From: Candidatus Saccharimonadota bacterium
GTDB lineage: Bacteria > Pseudomonadota > Alphaproteobacteria > Rickettsiales > Anaplasmataceae
Length of the DNA: 32,000 nucleotides
Assembly (NCBI RefSeq): GCF_025021925.1
Contig: NZ_CP092368.1
Span: 420,001-452,000, forward strand
Reading direction: 5' to 3'
Made by a program: the position numbers and the translations under genes. Positions 1 to 10,273 of the stretch are shown one piece after another. Numbering within the stretch: position 1 is the first letter of the stretch; every line of letters starts with the position of its first letter. A model generated the notes under the pieces. The model was not told the DNA's origin and ran no database searches. It was given only the letters and a program-made list of their open reading frames with translations.

Positions 1-648
1 AGATTTTGGTGTTCTATTTTTATATTACTCATTGTAGATAGTGAATTACTTATTAGATATGGTATTACAAATTTGTTATATAGTATACCAGATATAAGCA
101 TTGTAATAGCAACTCACTATGCAGTAGTAACATGTATGATATTAATATTTCAATTAGTTGGAATATGTATTTTACATACTCAATTACCTCATGCAAACCC
201 TGAGGGGGGTATTGTAATTCACATTGCATCATCTCAAGCTCTCACTATAGCATGTGCAACACCAGCCATCGTATCAATTTGTAGTACTATTAATCAATTA
301 TATCAGATAATATATCAACAAATATTTCATTTCCAGAGCTGGTGGTTATTTAATAATAATTACATATCTTTACTCATGTTCTCGACAATACCTTGTATAT
401 TTTTTAATATTATCTTAATATATAAGCCATGGCCAATCAATATAATACAAAGGTATAATAATGCAATTTCAATAACATGTGAGGGAATTTGTTATGCAAT
501 ATATGCAATCATTCTACTTTATTTAGCGGCATTTATATGTTGTGATTTAACTTTTTTGAACGTAATCTCACTTAATACACGTATCATTTATTCTCTGAAT
601 GAAATATTCAGATACATCTATCATATAATATATATATACTATCAATAA
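1..648 (+). CDS. Polytopic membrane protein of unknown family (5' end lies outside the window)
   Basis: Frame 1 is open from base 1, with no stop before the listed TTG at 73, down to TAA at 646-648. About 215 stop-free codons is very unlikely by chance in such stop-rich AT-rich DNA. There are four to five helix-length hydrophobic segments. The sequence is unusually rich in Cys, Ile and Tyr. I recognise no family motif. Confidence 0.4.
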   Translation, partial: RFWCSIFILLIVDSELLIRYGITNLLYSIPDISIVIATHYAVVTCMILIFQLVGICILHTQLPHANPEGGIVIHIASSQALTIACATPAIVSICSTINQLYQIIYQQIFHFQSWWLFNNNYISLLMFSTIPCIFFNIILIYKPWPINIIQRYNNAISITCEGICYAIYAIILLYLAAFICCDLTFLNVISLNTRIIYSLNEIFRYIYHIIYIYYQ

Positions 649-708
649 TAAATGTTGAATATCACTGATTTAGTTAGTATATTCATATAAGCTTCAGTAT
701 AAGTTCCT

Positions 709-1542
709 GTGAATCTACAACAAATAGTCAGAAAGTTAGAGGATTTTTGGTATTGTTTAGGATATACAATACTTCATCCATATACTTCTGAGATTGGCGC
801 AGCTACATTGCATCCAGCAACAATTATGTCAACAGTTAGTAATATACCAACAAAAATTGCTTATTTACAACCTGTGATCAGACCATCGGATGGACGATTT
901 GGAGAACATCCGAATCGGTTATATCAACACCATCAATATCAAGTAATAGTTAAGCCATCTGGTAATAATTTACAAGATATATACTTGAATAGTTTACAGG
1001 CAATTGGTATTTCATCAGAAAGCTATGATCTAAAATTCCTTGAAGATGATTGGGAACATCCAAGTATAGGTGCATCAGGATTGGGATGGGAAGTAATATG
1101 TAATGGCATGGAGATCACGCAATTAACTTATATACAACAAATAGGAAGTATTGAATGTAACATGATTGCAGGAGAGATAGCATATGGAATAGAGCGCTTA
1201 GCAATGTGTATACAATGTGTAGATAATATCCAAAATATCATATGGAATAATAATATATGTTATGGAGATCTTTACAAACAACAAGAATATGAATTCTCAT
1301 CTACATCACAATATTATGATATTGAAATGATACAATTGCAACTTGAAGAAACAGAAAAATTTTGTAAGTTGCTCGTTCAAAAAGGTTTACCACTTGCAGC
1401 TTATGATCAATGTATAAAAACTAGTCATCTTCTTAATCTGCTTGATGCTAGAGGTGCTCTTAGTATTAATGAACGCATAACATATCTTGCAAGGGTCAGA
1501 AATCTCACAAAACAATGCTGCGAATTATATATCAGGACATAG
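709..1542 (+). CDS. glyQ: Glycine--tRNA ligase alpha subunit
   Basis: GTG at 709 is the first possible start after an in-frame TAA at 700-702. Conserved GlyQ blocks are present: QPVIRPSDGRFGEHPNRLYQHHQYQVIVKP and GLGWEVICNGMEITQLTYIQQIG. glyS follows after a 3-nt gap. Confidence 0.95.
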   Translation: MNLQQIVRKLEDFWYCLGYTILHPYTSEIGAATLHPATIMSTVSNIPTKIAYLQPVIRPSDGRFGEHPNRLYQHHQYQVIVKPSGNNLQDIYLNSLQAIGISSESYDLKFLEDDWEHPSIGASGLGWEVICNGMEITQLTYIQQIGSIECNMIAGEIAYGIERLAMCIQCVDNIQNIIWNNNICYGDLYKQQEYEFSSTSQYYDIEMIQLQLEETEKFCKLLVQKGLPLAAYDQCIKTSHLLNLLDARGALSINERITYLARVRNLTKQCCELYIRT

Positions 1543-1545
1543 AAT

Positions 1546-3654
1546 ATGTCTTCACAATTATTATTTGAATGTCTTTCAGAAGATATTCCGTCCAGAATGC
1601 ATCAAACATCTATCTCATATATTAAGCAATATCTTGCTAATGCTTTTCAGCATAATAATTTAGAGTATTCTTCTATAGAAGTATTTATTACTGCAAGACG
1701 TATGACGCTTTTTATTAGCAATATTAGATATGTACGGTTAGATCAATTACAATATGAGATTAGAGGTCCAAAGGTTCATTCTCCGAAAAAATCTATTGAA
1801 GGTTTTTTACAAAAACATCGTAAACATGAAAATTGTTTATTCATTAAAAGAAGAAATAATGAAGATTTTTATTTTATAAAAATAGAAAAATCTTCGTTAA
1901 ATATCAAACAATTTCTTAAAACTCAGCTAGAATCCATGTTAAAAGATTTTTCATGGAGTAAAAGTATGAGATGGGATGTACATAAAGAACGATGGATCAG
2001 ACCAATTCAAAATATTGTATGCATTTTTAATAATGAAATCATACCTCTATCATTTGCAGGTATACATGCATCTAATACAACATATGGACACAGATTTTTA
2101 GCACAAAATAATATTTTTACTGTAAATTCTCCAGAAGAATACTTTAAATTGTTACAAAAATTTAATGTCATATTACAGCAAGATGTAAGAAAAAAAATGA
2201 TATTGGATCAGATTGAAATATTTTCACAAAAAAACAATGTACAACTTGAGAAAAATGATAAATTATTGAATGAATTAGTTGGTCTTGTAGAGTGGCCCAT
2301 TGTACTTTTTGGTACAGTAAATCATAAACAGCTACTAGGATTACCCAGAGAAGTAATATTAAGTATCATTAACACACAACAAAGATACTTAGTGTTAAGT
2401 GATAAACAAAAAATTTCTTTCTTTGTAACTGTTGTCAGCATTAAAAATAAAAAAGTGATTCAAGGATTTGAAAGAGCATTACAGTCTCGATTATCTGATG
2501 CGCAGTTTTTAATTTCTCAAGATCAACAGCATCCTCTTACTTATTATGTAAAAAAATCAGGATCGATATTATTTCATGCCTCTCTTGGTACTATTGCAGA
2601 CAAAGTAGAGCGCATTATATCTCTCTCAAGATATGTAGCAATCTGTTTATCTAATGTATCTTTAATAAAGATCAATCGTGCTGCATATTTATCAAAAGCA
2701 GATTTATCTACATTAATGGTGCGGCAATTTTCAGAACTTCAAGGAGTGATGGGAGGATATTATGCTGAATATTTTCAAGAAGATAAAGAGGTGATAGATG
2801 CTATTTCTGAACATTATTATCCAATGGGATTAGAGCAAGATACTCCTAAATCTCCTTGTGGGATTGCATTGTCTATTGCTGATAAAATGGACAGTTTGGT
2901 TGGTTTAATATTAGCAGGTGAGAAAATTTCTGGTTCATATGATCGATTTGGTCTAAGAAGAATGACTATAGGCATCATTAGAATAATTCTCGAAAATAAT
3001 TTGCATATTCCTATGAAAAATCTCATAGATCAATCTCTCTCTTTATATTCACATATACCATTAGTAAAGGAGCAGATTCAATCTAATAATACAATTGACA
3101 TAAAAAGCCAAAAAAACATTGCAGAACAAGTGTTTCAATATTGCTTAATAAGATTCAGAGTCATGCTTCAAAACAAAGGTATTAAGAAAGGTGTAATATA
3201 TGCAATAATACATCATATTGAGGTCAATGATTTATTAATCGCAGAACAGCAAATTACAATATTACATAATTTTCTTGCTAGATCAGATGGTATAGAATTG
3301 TTAAAGGTTTATAAAAGAATATATAATATTATACAACAATCAAAGCAGCATGATAACATACATGTGATCATACCTAATGATAAAAAATCATGTATTGAAT
3401 ATCAGACATCAGAATTGGAAAATTATTCCATGGATATTTATACAAATATTACAAATGCAATTCAAAATAATCAATTTCATATTGCAATAAGTTGTCTAAT
3501 GAGTTTCGCAACATTTATGAATCAGTTTATGAATAGTATAGCAGTCAACTGCATATCTCAAGAATTGAGAAACAATAGATTTACTTTTCTTAAAAATGCC
3601 CTCTCCATCTTTCATTTAATAGCAAATTTTCATCTGATGATTATTCATAATTAA
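1546..3654 (+). CDS. glyS: Glycine--tRNA ligase beta subunit
   Basis: The 702-aa ORF lies directly downstream of glyQ. The N-terminus LLFECLSEDIPSRM matches the GlyS pattern, and the internal FSELQGVMGGYYA block is also GlyS-like. The length is typical for the family. Confidence 0.92.
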   Translation: MSSQLLFECLSEDIPSRMHQTSISYIKQYLANAFQHNNLEYSSIEVFITARRMTLFISNIRYVRLDQLQYEIRGPKVHSPKKSIEGFLQKHRKHENCLFIKRRNNEDFYFIKIEKSSLNIKQFLKTQLESMLKDFSWSKSMRWDVHKERWIRPIQNIVCIFNNEIIPLSFAGIHASNTTYGHRFLAQNNIFTVNSPEEYFKLLQKFNVILQQDVRKKMILDQIEIFSQKNNVQLEKNDKLLNELVGLVEWPIVLFGTVNHKQLLGLPREVILSIINTQQRYLVLSDKQKISFFVTVVSIKNKKVIQGFERALQSRLSDAQFLISQDQQHPLTYYVKKSGSILFHASLGTIADKVERIISLSRYVAICLSNVSLIKINRAAYLSKADLSTLMVRQFSELQGVMGGYYAEYFQEDKEVIDAISEHYYPMGLEQDTPKSPCGIALSIADKMDSLVGLILAGEKISGSYDRFGLRRMTIGIIRIILENNLHIPMKNLIDQSLSLYSHIPLVKEQIQSNNTIDIKSQKNIAEQVFQYCLIRFRVMLQNKGIKKGVIYAIIHHIEVNDLLIAEQQITILHNFLARSDGIELLKVYKRIYNIIQQSKQHDNIHVIIPNDKKSCIEYQTSELENYSMDIYTNITNAIQNNQFHIAISCLMSFATFMNQFMNSIAVNCISQELRNNRFTFLKNALSIFHLIANFHLMIIHN

Positions 3655-3835
3655 TACATTTTAGAAATTGCAAAACACAGTTAGTATATGATTGCAATAT
3701 ATATTGCATGTATGACTCATCATAATCACAATATTCGTTGATGTAGTAATTAGAGATGATGAAGAGATTTTATCTATTGACGCTACATCATTCAATGCTA
3801 AAATATATTCAGAGCAATCTTTATATATTGAAAAT

Positions 3836-4048
3836 ATGTCTCCTATAGGAAAAGCAAAAACAGCAAGTAAAAATAATCCTACTCATCGTAAAAAAGCTCA
3901 GCAAAAATTGCATAACAATCAACCAGTGAGACCCATTAGATATATAGATCGTGATTGTAGGCTAAACTATATTTCTGCACAATATGATGATGGTTCCTTA
4001 GTTAAAGATCAGAGAAGCGGTGATCCCATAAAATGGAACTCTTTATAG
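3836..4048 (+). CDS. Small basic hypothetical protein (70 aa from ATG; the frame is open from 3716)
   Basis: ATG at 3836. The same frame has no stop back to TGA at 3713-3715 but contains no ATG, GTG or TTG there. The N-terminus is Lys/Arg/Gln-rich. I recognise no family. The ORF sits alone in the 410-bp glyS-nuoG spacer. Confidence 0.3.
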   Translation: MSPIGKAKTASKNNPTHRKKAQQKLHNNQPVRPIRYIDRDCRLNYISAQYDDGSLVKDQRSGDPIKWNSL

Positions 4049-4064
4049 TATACTGGCATAAATT

Positions 4065-6098
4065 ATGAAGGTCACTATTAATTCTAGGAAATATGAAGTT
4101 AATGCTCACCTTACTATCATGCAAGCATGTGAAACTATTGGAATTGAAATTCCTCGCTTCTGTTATCATGAACGCTTAGCAATTTCTGGAAATTGTAGAA
4201 TGTGTCTAGTAGAAGTAAGCGGACCAACTACAAAGCTTCTTCCTTCTTGTACTATTCAATTAATTGAAAATATGATTATTAATACTAATACTCCTAAAGT
4301 GGTACATGCAAGACATGCAATTCTTGAATTCCTTCTTATCAATCATCCACTTGATTGTCCAATTTGCGATCAAGGAGGTGAGTGCGATTTACAAGATATT
4401 ACAATGATATATGGTAAAGGCAATAGTAGATTTTACGAATATAAAAGATCAGTACCTAATAAATCTTTTGGACCTTTAATTAACACTGCAATGAATCGCT
4501 GTATTCATTGCACAAGGTGTATTAGATTTTTATCAGATATTGCAGGTGTCAATGAACTAGGTATGATTGGTAGAGGAGAACATTTAGAGGTAAGTACTTA
4601 TATTAATAGTTATATCAAATCTGAATTGTCTGGAAATATTATAGATTTATGTCCTGTTGGTGCTTTAACTTCTAAACCTTACTCTTCTAGAGCCCGGCCA
4701 TGGGAGCTTTCTCATTGTGAAACAATAGATATTATGGATGCTGTAGGTAGTAGTATCAGAGTGGATTATCGTGGCCCTGAAGTGATGAGAATATTACCAA
4801 GAGTAAATGAAGAGATAAATGAAGAATGGATTTCAGATAAAACTCGCTTTTCTTATGATGGGTTAAGCATTCAAAGACTTGATCGCACTTATATCAAAAA
4901 AAATGGTAAGTTAATGCCAGTCACTTGGCATGAAGCATTCACTTATATTGCAAAAAGATTATATAATATACCATCAAGCAAAATCGCTGCAATTGCAGGT
5001 GATTTGGCAGATTGTGAGTCTATGTTATTACTAAAAGAGATAATGCAAAGACTTGGATCGGATAATATAGATTGTCGACAAGATGGCGCATATATTATTC
5101 CAAATAATCGTGGCTTATATATCTTTAATACCACTATTCTCGGTATAGAAAGTGCAGACTTATGTCTCCTTATTAATACAAATCCCAGATTTGAAGCTCC
5201 CATGATAAATGCAAGAATAAGAAAAAGATACTTAATGGGTAACTTTACTATTGCAAGTATAGGTCCAGATATCGAATATCTATATCATATTGAAAAACTT
5301 GGCGATACACCTGATATTTTACATAAAATATCAGAAGGTAATCACAGATTTTGCGAGGTACTAAGTAGTGCTCATAAGCCTATGCTCATTATAGGACAAG
5401 ATGCTCTCACAAGAGATGATAGTCATTCTATTCTAGTGTTAGCTTGTAAGATTGCAGAAAAATTTAATATGATTCGAGATAACTGGAATGGTTTTAATAT
5501 GTTGCATAAAACTGCATCTAGAGTAGGTGGATTAGATGTGGGATTTATTCCTAGTACAAGTGAGAAAAATATTAGAACAATACTGAAGCAAGTAGAAGAT
5601 GGAGAGATAGAAGTACTATATTTACTTGGAGCTGATGAAATTAATACATCAAAATTAAAAAATGCATTTATCATTTATCAAGGTCATCATGGTGATAGAA
5701 GTGCACATATAGCAGATGTTATTTTACCTGGTGCTGCGTATACAGAAAAAAATTCAACTTATGTGAATACTGAAGGTAGAGTACAGAACACAAATATTGT
5801 AACATTACCTCCAGGTGATGCACAAGAAGACTGGCGTATCATAAAAACACTCTCTCAATATTTAAATATTCTATTACCTTATGATAGTTTACTAGATATC
5901 AGAAAAAAATTGAATAATATAGGGTTACAATTTCAACAATCTAATCAAATAGTAAAAAATCCATGGAACTCAATTAGTCATCAAAATATCACTCTAAGTA
6001 GTGAGCCTTTTATATTACAAAAATATAACTTTTATATGACAGATTCAATAAGCCGAGCTTCAAAGATAATGTCAGATTGTACAGGAGCTTTTTTATGA
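4065..6098 (+). CDS. nuoG: NADH-quinone oxidoreductase subunit G (75-kDa subunit)
   Basis: The N-terminal 2Fe-2S and 4Fe-4S cysteine motifs are present: [47 protein letters not shown] and CPVGALT. The ORF is 677 aa. Confidence 0.95.
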   Translation: MKVTINSRKYEVNAHLTIMQACETIGIEIPRFCYHERLAISGNCRMCLVEVSGPTTKLLPSCTIQLIENMIINTNTPKVVHARHAILEFLLINHPLDCPICDQGGECDLQDITMIYGKGNSRFYEYKRSVPNKSFGPLINTAMNRCIHCTRCIRFLSDIAGVNELGMIGRGEHLEVSTYINSYIKSELSGNIIDLCPVGALTSKPYSSRARPWELSHCETIDIMDAVGSSIRVDYRGPEVMRILPRVNEEINEEWISDKTRFSYDGLSIQRLDRTYIKKNGKLMPVTWHEAFTYIAKRLYNIPSSKIAAIAGDLADCESMLLLKEIMQRLGSDNIDCRQDGAYIIPNNRGLYIFNTTILGIESADLCLLINTNPRFEAPMINARIRKRYLMGNFTIASIGPDIEYLYHIEKLGDTPDILHKISEGNHRFCEVLSSAHKPMLIIGQDALTRDDSHSILVLACKIAEKFNMIRDNWNGFNMLHKTASRVGGLDVGFIPSTSEKNIRTILKQVEDGEIEVLYLLGADEINTSKLKNAFIIYQGHHGDRSAHIADVILPGAAYTEKNSTYVNTEGRVQNTNIVTLPPGDAQEDWRIIKTLSQYLNILLPYDSLLDIRKKLNNIGLQFQQSNQIVKNPWNSISHQNITLSSEPFILQKYNFYMTDSISRASKIMSDCTGAFL

Positions 6099-7120
6099 AT
6101 ACAATAGTTGAAATATTGTTCATTATAGTGCTTTTACTTCTTGCAGTAGCATATTTAATCTACTGTGAGCGTAAAATAATAGGTGCAATCCAACTAAGAC
6201 ATGGTCCCTCTGTAGTAGGAAAGTATGGATTGTTACAGCCATTTGCAGATGCCATTAAGTTACTTTTTAAAGAGATAATAATACCATTTCACGCAGATCG
6301 CATATTATTTATTTTAGCTCCAATACTCACCCTTATGTTATCATTAATTGCTTGGGCAGTGATACCATTTGGTGCTGATATCATCACAGATATACACTCT
6401 GAGCAGCATATATTAGCACCTAAAGTCATCGCTAATATTAATGTTGGAGTACTATATTTATTTGCAGTATCCTCTTTAGGAGTATATGGTATAGTGATTG
6501 CAGGATGGTCAAGTCATTCTAATTATGCATTACTTGGAGCACTTAGATCCACTGCTCAAATGATTTCATATGAAGTATCGATAGGACTCATAATTGCTAC
6601 AATTGTTATTATCACTGGTACACTTAATATATCGGAAATGGTAATTGCAAAACATAATATGCCATTCTGGATTGATATACTTCTTATTCCTATAGGAATA
6701 ATATTCTTTATTTCTCTTCTTGCAGAAACTAATCGTCATCCATTCGATTTACCAGAAGCAGAATCAGAGCTGGTTTCTGGGTACAATGTTGAATATTCTT
6801 CTATGCCTTTTAGTCTTTTTTTTTTAGCAGAGTATGCTAATATGATTCTAGCGAGTACTATGATGACATTATTCTTTCTAGGCGCATGGTATCCTCCAAT
6901 AGAGCTAAAGATTTTTTATAAAATATCGTCTATCATCTGGTTTTTATTAAAAATACTTTTATTATTATTTATATTTATTTGGATCCGTGCAACAATACCT
7001 CGATATCGCTATGATCAATTAATGAACCTTGGATGGAAAGTATTTTTACCTTTCTCTCTTTTATGGGTAATATTAATATCTGGACTATTACTTTTTACTG
7101 GCAATTTAATGAGAATATAA
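6095..7120 (+). CDS. nuoH: NADH-quinone oxidoreductase subunit H
   Basis: [18 protein letters not shown] and [28 protein letters not shown] are NuoH/ND1 signatures. ATG at 6095 overlaps the nuoG TGA as ATGA. The longer ORF starting at 6077 was rejected. Confidence 0.94.
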   Translation: MNTIVEILFIIVLLLLAVAYLIYCERKIIGAIQLRHGPSVVGKYGLLQPFADAIKLLFKEIIIPFHADRILFILAPILTLMLSLIAWAVIPFGADIITDIHSEQHILAPKVIANINVGVLYLFAVSSLGVYGIVIAGWSSHSNYALLGALRSTAQMISYEVSIGLIIATIVIITGTLNISEMVIAKHNMPFWIDILLIPIGIIFFISLLAETNRHPFDLPEAESELVSGYNVEYSSMPFSLFFLAEYANMILASTMMTLFFLGAWYPPIELKIFYKISSIIWFLLKILLLLFIFIWIRATIPRYRYDQLMNLGWKVFLPFSLLWVILISGLLLFTGNLMRI

Positions 7121-8119
7121 ATGTTTCGTTTTCCTAATACAAGATTAAGACGTAAACGTTCAAGTAAATGGATACGTAATTTAATCAGTGAAGTTAGTTT
7201 ATCAGTGAGTGATTTAGTATTACCTCTATTTGTACATGATCAAGAGGATATTATCACTCCAATTGTAGAATTACCTGATATAAAACGTTACTCAATAAAT
7301 ACATTAATCTCAATAGTACAAAAAGCGAGGGATCATGGCATTAATGCTATTGCTCTTTTTCCTGTAATTACAAATTCACTAAAATCTAATGATGCTCAAG
7401 AAGCATATAATCCAGATAATCTAATTTGTAGAGCAATTCGAAAAATTAAATTACAAATTTCTGATATTGGTATTATTGCAGATGTTGCGCTTGATCCATA
7501 CACTACTCATGGTCATGATGGCATTTTACAATTAAATACCATGAAGATACAGAATGATCACACTGTCTCAGTATTATGTAAGCAAGCAATAGTATTGGCA
7601 CAAGCAGGATGTAATATAGTAGCGCCATCTGATATGATGGATGGTAGAGTTCAGAAGATAAGAGAAGCATTAGATGAAAATGGTTTTCAAGATATTTCAA
7701 TATTGTCCTATGCAGTAAAATATTGTTCTCATTTTTATGCTCCATTTAGACAGGTAGTAGGGTCATATGATGCATCTCAGATCATGGATAAAAGTACTTA
7801 TCAAATGGATTTTCATAATGCACGTGAGGCAATATATGAGAGTGAAATGGATATTAATGAAGGTGCAGATTTTATTATGATTAAACCAGGACTGCCATAT
7901 TTAGATATTATAAAAACAGCAAGCGATAGATTCTCTCTGCCTATTTTTGCATATCAAGTAAGTGGTGAATATGCAATGATAAAATCTGCTGCAAATAATG
8001 GATGGTTAGATTATCATAAGGTTATGTATGAATCTTTAATTAGTTTTAAGCGAGCAGGTGTAAGTGGTATCTTCACTTATGCTGCTCTTGATATGATAGA
8101 TTATATTCTCTCTCAATAA
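7121..8119 (+). CDS. hemB: Porphobilinogen synthase (delta-aminolevulinate dehydratase)
   Basis: The ATG directly abuts the nuoH TAA. The metal-site region DVALDPYTTHGHDGIL is the Asp-rich, non-cysteine type. The IMIKPGLPYLDII and YQVSGEYAM blocks are also present. Confidence 0.93.
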   Translation: MFRFPNTRLRRKRSSKWIRNLISEVSLSVSDLVLPLFVHDQEDIITPIVELPDIKRYSINTLISIVQKARDHGINAIALFPVITNSLKSNDAQEAYNPDNLICRAIRKIKLQISDIGIIADVALDPYTTHGHDGILQLNTMKIQNDHTVSVLCKQAIVLAQAGCNIVAPSDMMDGRVQKIREALDENGFQDISILSYAVKYCSHFYAPFRQVVGSYDASQIMDKSTYQMDFHNAREAIYESEMDINEGADFIMIKPGLPYLDIIKTASDRFSLPIFAYQVSGEYAMIKSAANNGWLDYHKVMYESLISFKRAGVSGIFTYAALDMIDYILSQ

Positions 8120-8185
8120 GAAGTTGAGATAGAAGTGCATATTTCTGAGCATAATATTCACAAAAAAACTTAATAATTTAAGATT

Positions 8186-8842
8186 ATGATAAATAAAACA
8201 ATCTTAAGAAGAGTACAAACTATATTTGAGCGATTTCAATATATAAATCCTCTGCCTAAGATAGAGCTCCATTATACTAATCATTTTACTCTATTAATTG
8301 CTATAGTATTATCATCTCGTACTACTGATAGAAGTGTCAATAAAATCACAAAAGACTTATTCAATATTGTTGATTCGCCAAAGAATATGATAAATCTTGG
8401 ACAAGATATGTTAAAGAAATACATAAATAGTATTGGTTTATATAATTCTAAAGCACAAAATATCATGGGACTCAGTATAGAGCTAGTAGAACAATATAAC
8501 AGTATCATTCCTAATGATTTTGATCAATTAATCTCTTTACCTGGAGTAGGAAGAAAGAGTGCTAATGTCTTTTTAAACTCTGCATTTAATATGTTAACAA
8601 TAGCTGTTGATACTCATGTATTGAGAGTAAGTCATAGATTAGGTTTAGTAAGAGAAACAAGAAATAAATTGTACATAGAACAGTATCTGTTAAAAGTTAT
8701 ACCCGTACAATATCTTCTAAATGCTCATAATTGGCTTGTACTACATGGGAGATATATTTGCAAGGCACGTCATCCTTTATGTACTCAATGTATTATTAGA
8801 GATGTATGTATATTTCAGTATAAGAAGGATCATCCTATATGA
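8186..8842 (+). CDS. nth: Endonuclease III
   Basis: The helix-hairpin-helix motif LPGVGRKSANVFL is present. The C-terminal 4Fe-4S loop CKARHPLCTQCIIRDVC follows the C-x6-C-x2-C-x5-C pattern. Confidence 0.92.
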   Translation: MINKTILRRVQTIFERFQYINPLPKIELHYTNHFTLLIAIVLSSRTTDRSVNKITKDLFNIVDSPKNMINLGQDMLKKYINSIGLYNSKAQNIMGLSIELVEQYNSIIPNDFDQLISLPGVGRKSANVFLNSAFNMLTIAVDTHVLRVSHRLGLVRETRNKLYIEQYLLKVIPVQYLLNAHNWLVLHGRYICKARHPLCTQCIIRDVCIFQYKKDHPI

Positions 8843-10185
8843 GAAACTTATATATTAAAACTTATGGATGTCAGATGAATGTATATGACTCTGAATTCAT
8901 GACAAATTTAATTAAGCCTATGGGATTTAAAATGGTCACAGAACTTGAACAAGCTGATGTATTAATATTAAACACTTGTCATATTAGAGAGAAAGCAGTA
9001 GAAAGACTTTATTCTGAGCTTGGTCATATTCACTTAGTAAGTAAAAAAAAGCAAAACACAATGAACAAGAAAATGATCATTATTATTGCTGGATGTGTAG
9101 CACAAGCAGAAGGAGAAGAGATATTTAATAGAGCTCCATTTGTAGATATTATTGTAGGGCCTCAAAGTATTGCAGATTTACCAAATTTGATACTTGCAAT
9201 AGAGAGCGATAAGAAACAGATCGTGCATACAGAATTTCCAGAAATTGCAAAGTTTGATAATATCTCTGAGTCATATTCAGATCATCATACAGGTGTGTCT
9301 GCATGTATTACTATACAAGAAGGTTGTAATAAATTTTGTACATTTTGTGTTGTACCATACACTAGAGGCAATGAATATTCTAGACCAGTAAATTCAATAT
9401 TGCGTGAAGTATTACAACTAGTACATCGCGGAGCACAAGAAATTACTTTACTTGGTCAAAATATTAATGCTTATCATGGAATAAATGAAGGAATAGTATG
9501 TGATCTAGGTACCTTAATTACTCATATAGCAAAAATTGAACAAATCAGGAGAATTCGTTATATTACATCTCATCCAAAAGATATGCATGAAACACTATAT
9601 TATGCTCATGCTCATGAAACAAAACTCATGCCATTTCTTCATCTACCAGTACAGTCAGGTTCAAATAAAATATTACGTAGAATGAATAGACAATATACTG
9701 TGCAAGATTATTTAACAATAATCCATAGATTGCGTACATTAAGATATGACATGGCATTTTCTTCTGATTTTATTGTAGGATATCCTGGAGAAACGGAACA
9801 AGATTTTCAAGATACTATACAATTAGTACAAACAGTACAATATACTCAGGGATATAGTTTTATATATAGTCCAAGACCAGGCACACCAGCAGCAGAACAA
9901 AAGGATCAAGTATCCATACAAGTACAAAAAGCACGTCTATTGCGTTTACAAAAATTACTGAATGAACAACAAATGCTTTTTAATCGTAGTATGATCGGCA
10001 AGATAGTCCCTGTATTATTTACAGATAAAAGAGGTAAATATCAGAATCAAATTATTGGTAAAAGCGTTCATATGCAATCAGTCTGTATATATGATGAGGC
10101 AGGAAGATATAATAATACAATTGTCAATGTAAAAATATTACAAGCATTCCAAAATAGTTTATTAGGAGAGATACTAGAGCAATAA
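8839..10185 (+). CDS. miaB: tRNA-2-methylthio-N6-dimethylallyladenosine synthase
   Basis: The N-terminus YIKTYGCQMNVYDS matches MiaB. The radical-SAM motif CNKFCTFCVVP is present. There is a 4-bp ATGA overlap with nth. Confidence 0.92.
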   Translation: MRNLYIKTYGCQMNVYDSEFMTNLIKPMGFKMVTELEQADVLILNTCHIREKAVERLYSELGHIHLVSKKKQNTMNKKMIIIIAGCVAQAEGEEIFNRAPFVDIIVGPQSIADLPNLILAIESDKKQIVHTEFPEIAKFDNISESYSDHHTGVSACITIQEGCNKFCTFCVVPYTRGNEYSRPVNSILREVLQLVHRGAQEITLLGQNINAYHGINEGIVCDLGTLITHIAKIEQIRRIRYITSHPKDMHETLYYAHAHETKLMPFLHLPVQSGSNKILRRMNRQYTVQDYLTIIHRLRTLRYDMAFSSDFIVGYPGETEQDFQDTIQLVQTVQYTQGYSFIYSPRPGTPAAEQKDQVSIQVQKARLLRLQKLLNEQQMLFNRSMIGKIVPVLFTDKRGKYQNQIIGKSVHMQSVCIYDEAGRYNNTIVNVKILQAFQNSLLGEILEQ

Positions 10186-10273
10186 ATTCATGTCTTATAC
10201 TATATACGTTTTATTTTTTTTCAATTTGTACTTTTTAAGAAAATAATATATGCTCTAGCTTTATTCAATTGAT

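Noticed and set aside
3693-3708. The perfect 16-bp palindrome TGCAATATATATTGCA, considered as a stand-alone regulatory call.
   Set aside because: Half of it is ATAT. A rough composition-based estimate gives about one such palindrome per 32 kb by chance. ATTGCA is also a very common Ile-Ala dicodon here. I mention it only as context for the 3655-4064 spacer.
6077-6094. A longer nuoH ORF starting at ATG 6077 (MYRSFF...).
   Set aside because: These six codons lie inside nuoG. The ATG at 6095 gives a typical NuoH N-terminus and a standard ATGA stop/start overlap.
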